NCBI GenBank assembly: GCA_030674475.1
Contig: JAUSCZ010000023.1
Span: forward strand, 87,819-151,818
Source: Candidatus Omnitrophota bacterium
GTDB taxonomy: Bacteria; Omnitrophota; Gorgyraeia; Gygaellales; UBA12090
DNA length: 64,000 nt
Direction of reading: 5' to 3'
Position numbers and translations under genes: made by a program. The notes beneath the pieces are model-generated. The model did not search any database. It was given only the letters and a program-made list of their open reading frames with translations, and was not told the DNA's origin. This document shows, in pieces, positions 56,330 to 64,000 of this stretch; within the stretch, counting starts at the first letter, position 1, and every line of letters begins with the position of its first letter.

Positions 56330-56400
56330 CCAAACCTACCCCGCTAACCTTAAAAGATGTGCTTATCCGGCTGGAAAATGACCCATCCTTATTTGACTAA
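56330..56400 (+). pseudogene. orphan 3'-end remnant of another giant-family paralog
   Basis: cctaccccgctaaccttaaaagatgtgcttatccggctggaaaatgac parallels 8994-9045 of paralog 2 (…TPQILKDVLILLESDNP); an in-frame stop interrupts it. Confidence 0.5.
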
Positions 56401-56537
56401 AGAGGGCTGGAAGAAGCTGGGGGGAGATAAAAGAGGGGGAGGAGATTGCCTGCCTATCCTGCCATCGGCTTCCCGTCTCGCCTTTGGCTCGCCGAGGCGG
56501 ACGCCGCGAGGCGAGCAGTCAAGCGGTATTAGGAGAT

Positions 56538-56801
56538 TTATCTTCTACGGTAGGCGTCTTCGCGGGTGTCAACGCCGTCAATAATTATATTAAGGCCTTC
56601 AATATAGAAACAAATACGATACTTTCCGACTCTGAATCTATGTGTAGCTGGCGGAAGATTAACCAGGGGTTTGGCAAAATGCAGGGGATTGCGGGAGGAA
56701 ATATATAGGCCGATTTTCTCGATAATTCTGTTTTGCAGTTGGTGGGAGAGCCTCTTGAAGTCTCGTTCTCCGGCAGGGGTAAATTCAAGACTTTCAATCA
56801 T
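56538..56801 (-). CDS. RelE/ParE-family type II toxin
   Basis: 87 aa; LEFTPAGERDFKRL ... HRFRVGKYRICFYI ... VDTREDAY matches the RelE/ParE fold signature. Confidence 0.75.
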   Translation of the reverse strand: MIESLEFTPAGERDFKRLSHQLQNRIIEKIGLYISSRNPLHFAKPLVNLPPATHRFRVGKYRICFYIEGLNIIIDGVDTREDAYRRR

Positions 56802-56809
56802 CTTGCTGG

Positions 56810-57262
56810 TCAGGATAATCCTAGCTCATGCTTGATCTTCTCAAAAGGAACCAGCCCTAACTTTTGGGCTTCAACAATGCCCTTTTTTAGTTTTAGCGCT
56901 AATTTAGGGTTGACCGGCAGGTGGGTTTCGATGGCGTCAATAAGCCAGCCGACAGGATTGTGGTGGACATATTCTTTGGCTGGAACGTTTTCTTCAAATT
57001 TCGTATCAAAGGCACAAAGCATATCCCAAAGCGAATATGTGTCAAATATAAAATACTTAGGAGAGCCGCCCTTATCTGTTATTACTCCGGCTTTGAAATT
57101 TTTAGGAGAAGATAATCCGGCATTTTTAAGCTCTTTGGCAGAAACAGCTGAAAATTTTGTCAGCTTCTCTAGCTTCACTAATTTTTTCCCCAAAGATATA
57201 CTGGACAATGATTTTGCTTTCATTTCTTTGCTCCTCAATAAAGAGGATAACATATCCAGCAA
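56810..57262 (-). CDS. Phd/YefM-like antitoxin (start codon uncertain; internal Met codons possible)
   Basis: Directly upstream of and co-oriented with the RelE gene (8-nt gap); the central region resembles the Phd/YefM fold. Confidence 0.5.
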   Translation of the reverse strand: MLDMLSSLLRSKEMKAKSLSSISLGKKLVKLEKLTKFSAVSAKELKNAGLSSPKNFKAGVITDKGGSPKYFIFDTYSLWDMLCAFDTKFEENVPAKEYVHHNPVGWLIDAIETHLPVNPKLALKLKKGIVEAQKLGLVPFEKIKHELGLS

Positions 57263-57329
57263 TTCAAGTCAAGGCAATTTCCAGGATTTGTCTTGATACT
57301 GAGTGATTACTTTAAGATTATATAGTATC

Positions 57330-57360
57330 TTGACAAGTCATATATAATATGTTATATAAT
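57330..57360 (+). promoter_or_regulatory. sigma70-like promoter (TTGACA-N17-TATATA/TATAAT) positioned so that transcription would start at or within about 3 nt of the ATG of the HTH-Fic gene (leaderless mRNA candidate)
   Basis: ttgaca at 57330-57335; tatataat at 57353-57360; ATG at 57365; no SD. Confidence 0.4.
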
Positions 57361-57364
57361 AATT

Positions 57365-58291
57365 ATGCTGAATAGCAATAATTATATTGGCAAAATCAGG
57401 GAAATGCTGGAAAAAACCGGCTGGGGGCAAGCTCAATTTGCCCAGGAGCTGGGCGTAACTTTTGCCACAGTTAACCGCTGGCTCAACGGCCACCACAGGC
57501 CGCATTTGAGCCAGATACGCCAGATTGAGAGGTTACATAAAAACATTATCGGAATCATCCCGGTAACCAAGCAAGAAATGGAGCAGATTATTTTACAGTT
57601 GAAGGCCAAGATAAAGCAGTATCCGGATATTAAGAAAATCTTGCGGGATGATACAACATCCGAGGAGTTTCTGTTGGAGTTGACCTATAATTCCGACGCC
57701 ATTGAGGGGAATACATTAACTAAGAAAGAGACGGAAACAGTTATCTTCAATAACGCCTCTATCAAGGATAAAAGCTTAATTGAACATCTGGAGGCGGTAA
57801 ATCATGCGGTGATCCTGAAGGATATTTTTTCGGGGAAGATTGGCTGCCCGGTTGATGAAGAGCTGATAAAAAAGACGCATAAGATATTGATGCAGGGCAT
57901 CCGGGATGACGCCGGCGAATACGCCAGCCATCAGAGGGCAATCCGGGGGGTGGATTTGATCCTGCCGTCCCCCGATGATATTGCCGGGGAAATGAAGTTA
58001 TTTTTAAGCAAAGTTAATGACTTCCCGCCTCGACCGATTGAGCATATTGCCAGGATGCACGCGGATTTTGAGGCGATTCATCCTTTCGGCGACGGCAATG
58101 GCCGCGTAGGACGGCTGATTATGATTGTTCAGTTAATTCATTGTGGTTTTGCTCCCTGTATCATTAGCGTTAATGAAAAAGCCCGGTATTATGAATCCCT
58201 AGAATATGTCCAAAAAAAGTCTGAAACGCATCTTGTGTGTTTCCTGGCTGAAGCGGTATTGAAGGGCTATGAGTTAATTAGTTCTCACTGA
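57365..58291 (+). CDS. Fic-family protein with N-terminal Xre-type HTH
   Basis: HTH (GQAQFAQELGVTFATVNRWLNG) and Fic motif HPFGDGNGRVGR. Confidence 0.8.
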   Translation: MLNSNNYIGKIREMLEKTGWGQAQFAQELGVTFATVNRWLNGHHRPHLSQIRQIERLHKNIIGIIPVTKQEMEQIILQLKAKIKQYPDIKKILRDDTTSEEFLLELTYNSDAIEGNTLTKKETETVIFNNASIKDKSLIEHLEAVNHAVILKDIFSGKIGCPVDEELIKKTHKILMQGIRDDAGEYASHQRAIRGVDLILPSPDDIAGEMKLFLSKVNDFPPRPIEHIARMHADFEAIHPFGDGNGRVGRLIMIVQLIHCGFAPCIISVNEKARYYESLEYVQKKSETHLVCFLAEAVLKGYELISSH

Positions 58292-58450
58292 AAAACTCTC
58301 GTTTTTCAGTGAGAACTAATTCCAAAGGGGCTCACGCCCCTATGGCGTTCGTTCCGACTCCGTCGGAACTCACTGTTACCCCTTAAGGGGGTTGCCTGCA
58401 ACCCCCTTAAAATCCCCCAGTAGTTACCACTTTTTCAGTGGTAACTAATT
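58279..58450 (+). other. cluster of five consecutive perfect stem-loops bounded by direct repeats TTTTTCAGTGRKAACTAATT (58302-58321 and 58431-58450); candidate structured RNA or REP/MITE-like insertion
   Basis: Five stems read directly: a 17-bp stem covering the Fic stop; aggggc-tcac-gcccct; gttccgac-tcc-gtcggaac; ttaagggggttg-cctg-caacccccttaa; agttaccact-ttttc-agtggtaact. Confidence 0.5.
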
Positions 58451-58469
58451 GGCAAGAGATATAAATGAT

Positions 58470-59171
58470 ATGGTTAAGACCCTGGTCTTTATCCACGGCT
58501 GGGCCAGCGCGCCGGAGATCTGGCAGAGGCAGAGGGAATATTTTGCCAAAGATTATGAGGTTGTCCTGCCGGATATAAGTCCGGCCCGGGATATTCAAGA
58601 AGCGGCAGGCCTGCTCAAGGATGCAATTAAAGACAGGAAGGATTTTGTCCTGATTGGCTGGTCTCTGGGCTGGATGGTGATTTTAGAAGCGCTCAAGAGT
58701 TTATCCTTAAAGCCTAAGGCCGTGGTGGCGGTAAATTCTACGCCTAATTTTTGCTCTGACGAATATCTGGAGACAGGTTTTACCCAAACCCATCTGAATA
58801 AGATGATAAGGGATTGTAAGCGCGATCCCCAAAAGACCAGGGAGAATTTTTATAAAGGACTCCTTACAGAGAGCGGAAAGAGCATGGCCAGCAGTTTTCA
58901 GTTTAAAAACATAGATTATAGCAAGCTGATTTATGGCTTGTCCATGCTTAAGGATGCTAATTACCGGGATTTTATCCGGGCTATAGATATCCCGGCGCTG
59001 ATTATTACCGGGGCCAGGGATACTATTTGTGTTCCTCAGGTATCCGAATATATGCGTCAGAGGATTAAGCAGTCGGAATTAAAGGTTTTTGACTGTGGGC
59101 ACTTGCCGTTTCTGGATAAGGCTGAGGAATTTAATTTCGCGATAGCTGATTTTATTAGAAAGTTAAAATGA
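58470..59171 (+). CDS. bioH: alpha/beta hydrolase, BioH-like pimeloyl-ACP methyl ester esterase (ORF track starts at TTG 58449)
   Basis: VFIHGW N-terminal motif, nucleophile elbow GWSLG, C-terminal His in CGHLPF; adjacent and coupled to bioC. Confidence 0.55.
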   Translation: MVKTLVFIHGWASAPEIWQRQREYFAKDYEVVLPDISPARDIQEAAGLLKDAIKDRKDFVLIGWSLGWMVILEALKSLSLKPKAVVAVNSTPNFCSDEYLETGFTQTHLNKMIRDCKRDPQKTRENFYKGLLTESGKSMASSFQFKNIDYSKLIYGLSMLKDANYRDFIRAIDIPALIITGARDTICVPQVSEYMRQRIKQSELKVFDCGHLPFLDKAEEFNFAIADFIRKLK

Positions 59172-59929
59172 TTTCCACTCAAAAAATAAGAGATAATTTT
59201 TCCCGCAGCGCGATACATTATGAGAAATACGCGGATATTCAGGCCAAGCTGGCCCAAGAACTACTGGAAGAGGTAATCGGAGCAGGATATACAGCGAATG
59301 AGGTCTTGGACATTGGATGCGGAACCGGATGGCTATTGGGTGAGCTAAAGAGATTTCTGCCCCAAAGCCGGCTCTGGGGTTTGGATATCAGCCTGGCAAT
59401 GGCGCGTAAGACAAAAGCAAAGATTGAAGAGGTGTTGACCGCGGATGCCGCCTTTTTGCCGTTTAAGGATAAGGCCTTGGACCTGGTTTTATCCAATGCC
59501 GTTTATCAATGGGTGCCGGATTTGGAGGCGGCCTTTAAAGAGGCGCGTAGGATTCTTAAATCCGGCGGCTGTTTTATGTTTAATTGCTTTGGGGCCAAGA
59601 CCTTGCGGGAACTGCGCCAGTGTTTTGGGATAGAGGAAACCTTTCTTCCTCGGGCGGATTTTATAAGAGAGGCGTTGGAGAGGGCAGGGTTTTCCTGCCC
59701 GGAGTTTAAGGTCAGGGAGTGCAACCGGCATTTTGATAATTTAGCCGATATCTTAAGCTGGCTGAAATATATCGGGGTAAACCGGATTAATCAGCATCAG
59801 GGGTTTTTAACCCCGTCCCGGCTGGCTAAGGCCGACCATTTCTATCGCAGTAACTTTCGCGGTAACGGCCAGGTCTATGCCACCTTTGAGGTCATCAGCG
59901 TAAAAGCAATAAAAGCAGTTGATAGTTGA
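59168..59929 (+). CDS. bioC: malonyl-ACP O-methyltransferase
   Basis: SAM-binding motif LDIGCGTGW, about 250 aa, N-terminal YEKYADIQ typical of BioC; the stop codon lies inside element copy C. Confidence 0.6.
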   Translation: MISTQKIRDNFSRSAIHYEKYADIQAKLAQELLEEVIGAGYTANEVLDIGCGTGWLLGELKRFLPQSRLWGLDISLAMARKTKAKIEEVLTADAAFLPFKDKALDLVLSNAVYQWVPDLEAAFKEARRILKSGGCFMFNCFGAKTLRELRQCFGIEETFLPRADFIREALERAGFSCPEFKVRECNRHFDNLADILSWLKYIGVNRINQHQGFLTPSRLAKADHFYRSNFRGNGQVYATFEVISVKAIKAVDS

Positions 59930-60024
59930 TAGTGTATGCCTGCCTGCCGGCAGGGTTTATAGCAAATAAATTAAAACTGTTTATCAATGAGCTATAAACT
60001 ATCAACCATAAACCATAAACTAAA
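59918..60024 (+). mobile_element. heptamer-array element copy C (GTTGATAGTTGATAGT - palindrome CCTGCCGGCAGG - …AAACTAT CAACCAT AAACCAT AAACTAA) between bioC and bioDA
   Basis: Read directly; provides the bioC stop codon and abuts the bioDA ATG with no SD. Confidence 0.6.
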
Positions 60025-62049
60025 ATGTCTAATTCTATATTTATCACCGCAACCGATACCGGAGCCGGGAAAACCATTATTTCCTGCGCCATTGGCCTGG
60101 CCTTGCAAAAAAAAGGTATTGATGTTGGATATATGAAACCATTTCAATGCTCCGGCGATGACACGGATTTTGTGATTAAGACCTTAGGTATTCAAGACGA
60201 TAAAAATTTGGTTAATCCTTATTACGCGAAAGAGCCGCTTGCTCCCTATGTCGCCTTTAAAAGGGAAAAAATAAGGATCAATTTAGATAAAGTCTTTTCC
60301 GCGTATCATAAGTTAAAAAAAAGACACGAATTCCTTATCATTGAAGGCGCCGGCGGGCTGTTAGTTCCCTTGCGAGAAAATTATCTGGTTGCGGATTTGA
60401 TCCGGGACCTGGATGTCCCGGCGCTCATTGTGGCCAGGGCAGGCTTAGGGACATTGAATCATACTTTGCTTACCCAAAGATACGCCCTGGATTACGGGGT
60501 TAAGGTTAAAGGCGTAATCATTAATAATTATCAAGGAAAGACTGCCGCGGAAAAGACCAATCCCAATGTCTTAAAGGAATTCCTGGATGTGCCTATTTTA
60601 GGAATAGTTCCTTGGTTGAAAAATGTTAAGTCTAAAGATGGCTTGAGGAGGCTGGGGAAAATAGCCGGGGAAAATATAGATTTAAAGACTTTACTAAAAA
60701 CAGAAAAGCCCCTCACCCGGCAGTTGATTAAGCGGGATAAGGATTTCCTCTGGCATCCTTTTACCCAGATGCGGGATTGGCTTAAGGATGAGCCTTTAAT
60801 TATTGATGAGGCCAAGGGGAATTATTTGAAAGATACTAACGGCAAATGGTATTTAGACGGAGTCTCCAGCCTTTGGGTGAATGTTCACGGCCACCGCAGA
60901 AGAGAGATAGACATAGCCATAAATAGACAACTGAATAAGGTGGCCCATAGCACATTGTTGGGATTAAGCAATGTGCCTTCTATTGAATTGGCCCAGCGGC
61001 TGGTAGAGATTGCCCCCAAAGGCCTGATCAAGGTTTTTTATTCCGACAGCGGCTCAACCGCGGTGGAGATTGCCTTGAAGATGGCTTATCAATATTGGCA
61101 GTATCTGGATAAGGCTAAAACAAGATTTATTCATTTGGAGAACGCCTATCATGGAGATACCATAGGCTCGGTGAGTGTGGGCGGGATGGATTTGTTTCAT
61201 AAGACCTACAAGGGTCTGCTTTTTGAGAGCTATAAGGCGGATTCGCCTTATTGCTACCGCTGTCCCAAGGGTAAAAATTATCCTGGGTGTAATTTTGAGT
61301 GTCTGGATAGGCTAAGAGATATTTTAAGACAACATCATTCTTCAACTGCCGCGCTTATAGTTGAGCCTTTAGTCCAGGCCGCCGGCGGTATCATTGTTTG
61401 GCCTGAAGGCGTATATAGGAAGATGCGCGAGCTTTGCCATAAGCATAATGTGCTTTTGATTGCCGATGAGGTGGCCGTAGGTTTTGGGAGGACTGGCTAT
61501 ATATTTGCCTCTGAGACTGAAGGTGTAACGCCGGATATCTTGTGCTTAGCCAAGGGGATTACCGGGGGGTATCTGCCTTTAGCCGCCACCCTGACTACCC
61601 AAAAGATATTTGATGCCTTTTCGGGAGAGTATAAGGAACAAAAGACTTTTTTTCACGGACACACCTATACCGGAAATCCCCTGGCCTGCGCCGCTGCCTT
61701 GGCCAATTTAGGGCTTTTTAAAAAAGAAAAAACCCTCCAAAAACTTCAGCCCAAGATTAAATTTTTAGGAAAAGAATTAGAGAAGTTTAAGAAATTGGAG
61801 CATATCGGAGACATCCGCCAGAAGGGTTTTATGGTGGGAATTGAACTGGTAAAAAATAAAGGAACCAAAGAGCCGTATTCCTGGGAAGAAAGGATTGGGA
61901 TAAAGATTTGCCAAAAGGCCAGGGAATATGGGGTCATCCTGCGCCCCTTAGGCAATGTCATTGTCCTTATGCCGCCTTTGGCGATAAGCAAAGAGGAATT
62001 GAAACAGCTTGTTGATGCCGCCTATAAGGCGATAAGTTTTGTGCAATGA
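60025..62049 (+). CDS. bioDA: bifunctional dethiobiotin synthetase / adenosylmethionine-8-amino-7-oxononanoate aminotransferase fusion (BioD-BioA)
   Basis: N-terminal BioD P-loop FITATDTGAGKT and EGAGGLLVP. C-terminal class-III aminotransferase motifs (DEVAVGFGRTG, HGHTYTGNPLACAAALA). 674 aa, a single ORF. Confidence 0.8.
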   Translation: MSNSIFITATDTGAGKTIISCAIGLALQKKGIDVGYMKPFQCSGDDTDFVIKTLGIQDDKNLVNPYYAKEPLAPYVAFKREKIRINLDKVFSAYHKLKKRHEFLIIEGAGGLLVPLRENYLVADLIRDLDVPALIVARAGLGTLNHTLLTQRYALDYGVKVKGVIINNYQGKTAAEKTNPNVLKEFLDVPILGIVPWLKNVKSKDGLRRLGKIAGENIDLKTLLKTEKPLTRQLIKRDKDFLWHPFTQMRDWLKDEPLIIDEAKGNYLKDTNGKWYLDGVSSLWVNVHGHRRREIDIAINRQLNKVAHSTLLGLSNVPSIELAQRLVEIAPKGLIKVFYSDSGSTAVEIALKMAYQYWQYLDKAKTRFIHLENAYHGDTIGSVSVGGMDLFHKTYKGLLFESYKADSPYCYRCPKGKNYPGCNFECLDRLRDILRQHHSSTAALIVEPLVQAAGGIIVWPEGVYRKMRELCHKHNVLLIADEVAVGFGRTGYIFASETEGVTPDILCLAKGITGGYLPLAATLTTQKIFDAFSGEYKEQKTFFHGHTYTGNPLACAAALANLGLFKKEKTLQKLQPKIKFLGKELEKFKKLEHIGDIRQKGFMVGIELVKNKGTKEPYSWEERIGIKICQKAREYGVILRPLGNVIVLMPPLAISKEELKQLVDAAYKAISFVQ

Positions 62050-62323
62050 GGATGAAGAGAATGTGGCTGACGGTTTTCTCGCTCAAGTCGATTTTGCCCC
62101 GCCTTTGGCGGGGCCGCCAAAGGTCTTTCGTATTTTCGGCGGCGGCGGGCCTCGCCCCGGCGGCCTCGTCGGGGCTCCGACAGCCGCGCCGTCCCGATAT
62201 TGTCCCGACTATCGTCGGGACATCGGGATTCCCGAAAATCCGAAAGCTGCTTTGGCTAAAATCGACATTCGCTGCGAAAACCGTCAGCCCCATTATTTAC
62301 ATTCTATCTTTTAGAAGTTTTAT

Positions 62324-62366
62324 GTAGCGGTGCGATTTATCGCACCTGTAAGGAGATTTTCAGGTG
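62324..62366 (+). promoter_or_regulatory. second copy of the conserved leader element (palindrome GGTGCGAT-TT-ATCGCACC + AAGGAG + N8 + GTG) upstream of the YjeF-N gene
   Basis: See 51233-51275; the palindrome arms carry compensatory substitutions. Confidence 0.55.
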
Positions 62367-63017
62367 AAAAATATAATTTCTGTCAGCCAGGCCAGAGAAA
62401 TTGATAACAGGATGCGGGAGAATTTTGGCGTGCCTTGTCTTGTGCTTATGGAAAATGCCGGAAGGTCGGTTGCTGAGGAGGCATTAAAGGCGTTAAGGGA
62501 TAAGAAAAGAACAGGTGTTGTTATCGTATGCGGAAAAGGTAATAACGGCGCTGACGGATTGGCCGCCTGCCGCCATCTGATGTGCCGGGGAATCAAGCCC
62601 AAGATATTCTTAGCCGCAAAGATTAGCCAGGTGCGGGGTGAAGCCAGGGTAAATTTGGATATTCTCTTAAAAATGAAACAGAAGGTGGTTGAGGTAAATA
62701 ATAAGAACTTAGCATTGGTAAGAAGATCTATTCTTGAATCCGGTTTGATTATTGATGCCCTTTTGGGAATAGGGATAAAAAGAGAGGTAAGAGGGATATT
62801 CCGGGATTTGATAAATATTATTAATGTCAGTAAGGCTTATATAATCGCGGTGGATGTCCCTTCAGGCCTGGATGCGGATAGCGGTAAGGCGCTGGGTTGT
62901 TGCGTAAAGGCGGATAAGACCGTAACCTTTGTGGCTAAGAAACAAGGAATGATTTCAGGGGCCGGCCCTGAATACTGCGGCAGGGTGATTGTGAGAGATT
63001 TAGGCGTAAAAATATAA
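62364..63017 (+). CDS. nnrE: NAD(P)H-hydrate epimerase (YjeF N-terminal domain, stand-alone)
   Basis: VIVCGKGNNGADG motif of the YjeF-N domain; 217 aa, with no C-terminal dehydratase domain. Confidence 0.65.
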   Translation: MKNIISVSQAREIDNRMRENFGVPCLVLMENAGRSVAEEALKALRDKKRTGVVIVCGKGNNGADGLAACRHLMCRGIKPKIFLAAKISQVRGEARVNLDILLKMKQKVVEVNNKNLALVRRSILESGLIIDALLGIGIKREVRGIFRDLINIINVSKAYIIAVDVPSGLDADSGKALGCCVKADKTVTFVAKKQGMISGAGPEYCGRVIVRDLGVKI

Positions 63018-63024
63018 CTTACTT

Positions 63025-63858
63025 ATGTCTGGGATTTTTAAGACGGAGAATACTCCGACTATTCTTTATCGGCAATGGATGATTCCAGAGTCCGGGGTGG
63101 TGTTGTTGCTGGTCCACGGTCTTGGCGCGCATACCGAGCGTTGGGAAGCCTTGGCGGATTTTTTTCAAAAGAATAATATCTCATCTTACGCCCTGGAACT
63201 TAAGGGTTTTGGCCGAACACAAGGAGAAAGAGGGGATGTGGATAGTCTGGATACCTACTTTCAGGATATTCGCTCACTCTATGATATAATCAGACAGGAG
63301 AATCCGAATAAAAAAATCTTTCTCCTGGGCGAGAGTATGGGGGCATTGATTTGTTTTTTATTTGCCGTTTCAGCCCCGCGGCTTTTTCCCGGCTTAATCT
63401 GTATCAGCCCGGCCTTTGCCGGTAAACTGCATTTTAACCTTTGGACATATCTAAATATAGGGCTGGCCTTGGTTTTTAATCTTAAAAGGCATTTTCCAGT
63501 GCCGATTACTCCTCAAATGTGCACCCAGGATACTGAATATCAAAAGATAATTGATGCTGACCCTCTGGATAAGCATACTGCCACAGCCCGGCTTTACTGG
63601 AATATCTTTAAGGCTCAAAAGAAGGTTAAATCTTGGGGAGATAAAATCAATATTCCCTTGTTGGTTTTAACCGCGGGAGAAGATACGGTAGTGGATTCTT
63701 TAGCCACGCGCAAAATTTTCAACAGCTTAAGAATTAAAGACAAAGAGATTATCAATTATGCCGGCATGCGCCATGCCCTTTCCGTTGATTTAGGAAAGGA
63801 AAAGGTTTTTGGAGATATTTTACGCTGGTTAGAGAAAATAATGAGAGGATCGCTATGA
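63025..63858 (+). CDS. alpha/beta hydrolase (lysophospholipase/monoacylglycerol lipase-like)
   Basis: LLVHGLGAH, nucleophile elbow GESMG, C-terminal His in MRHAL; 277 aa. Confidence 0.6.
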   Translation: MSGIFKTENTPTILYRQWMIPESGVVLLLVHGLGAHTERWEALADFFQKNNISSYALELKGFGRTQGERGDVDSLDTYFQDIRSLYDIIRQENPNKKIFLLGESMGALICFLFAVSAPRLFPGLICISPAFAGKLHFNLWTYLNIGLALVFNLKRHFPVPITPQMCTQDTEYQKIIDADPLDKHTATARLYWNIFKAQKKVKSWGDKINIPLLVLTAGEDTVVDSLATRKIFNSLRIKDKEIINYAGMRHALSVDLGKEKVFGDILRWLEKIMRGSL

Positions 63859-64000
63859 AAAAATGTCCTTATTGCGCTGAAGAGATACAGGATGAGGCCC
63901 TTAAATGCAAGCACTGCGGGGAGTTCCTGGAGAAGAAAGAAAAGGAGAAATGGTATCTTAAGACTAATATACTGATAATTTCTTTTCTCTGCACGGGGCC
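63856..64000 (+). CDS. partial ORF (runs off the window end): zinc-ribbon (CPYC...CKHC) followed by a TM segment
   Basis: ATG at 63856 overlaps the upstream stop; [45 protein letters not shown]…. Confidence 0.35.

Noticed and set aside
56733-57296. 187-aa plus-strand ORF across the toxin-antitoxin region
   Set aside because: The opposite strand encodes a convincing RelE/ParE toxin and a coupled antitoxin; the plus-strand ORF has no motif support and no ribosome-binding site.
62039-62330. Several 90-110 aa ORFs on both strands in the GC-rich gap between bioDA and nnrE
   Set aside because: The region is dominated by nested perfect hairpins (cctttggcgg/ccgccaaagg, gtcccgac/gtcgggac); the ORFs are probably artefacts of GC-rich structured DNA.

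Overview
This is a gene-dense, almost entirely plus-strand window of about 45% GC. It looks like part of an uncultivated bacterial genome; the phylum cannot be assigned from sequence alone. Many genes use GTG or TTG starts, and several have a perfect AAGGAG Shine-Dalgarno box.

Main content, from 5' to 3':

- Two receiver-domain (REC) proteins.
- A tandem pair of paralogous giant genes encoding a novel modular protein family. The family has a conserved ~330-aa N module and ~180-aa C module around interchangeable middles. Paralog 2 is disrupted by a frameshift in a C7 homopolymer. A third, distant copy (52639-56247) carries a B12-binding radical-SAM core in the middle.
- An 11-gene complex I operon (nuoA-D and nuoH-N; no nuoE/F/G in the window). 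It has a sigma70-like promoter with a perfect CRP/FNR-type palindrome just upstream.
- A type I restriction-modification island. hsdM and hsdS are separated by Fic and KAP-NTPase insertions and a duplicated hsdM 3' remnant. An ImmA/IrrE-DUF4411 pair lies between hsdS and hsdR. HsdR carries a C-terminal LexA-like S24 peptidase domain.
- An ABC-F ATPase with one degenerate ATP site, a GH-A glycoside hydrolase, and a DUF2157-GDYXXLXY membrane pair.
- A small three-gene cassette flanked by 33-bp direct repeats.
- A junkyard segment holding a methyltransferase 3' fragment and a DUF1016 nuclease that share an identical 3' tail.
- acs, fused korA and korB (2-oxoacid:ferredoxin oxidoreductase), malQ, yggT, and a short RnfD-like protein.
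- A sulfur/biotin cluster: PP-loop ATPase (LarE-like), nifS, bioB and bioF. It is then interrupted by giant paralog 3, a RelE/Phd toxin-antitoxin pair and an HTH-Fic gene, and resumes with bioH, bioC and a fused bioD-bioA.
- nnrE (YjeF-N), an alpha/beta hydrolase, and a partial ORF at the window end.

Recurrent non-coding structure is prominent:

- A family of about 100-bp heptamer-array elements (GTTGATAGTT-type repeats, a CCTGCCGGCAGG palindrome and AAACCMT repeats). Three copies sit in short intergenic gaps directly abutting start codons. One of them precisely separates paralog 3 from its ancestral leader.
- A conserved palindromic leader motif, with compensatory base changes, upstream of bioF and nnrE.
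- GC-rich GTCCCGAC-type hairpins at three sites.
- Several 3'-end duplication scars (hsdM, the giant-protein family, and the MTase/DUF1016 pair) that point to cassette exchange through short shared 3' sequences.
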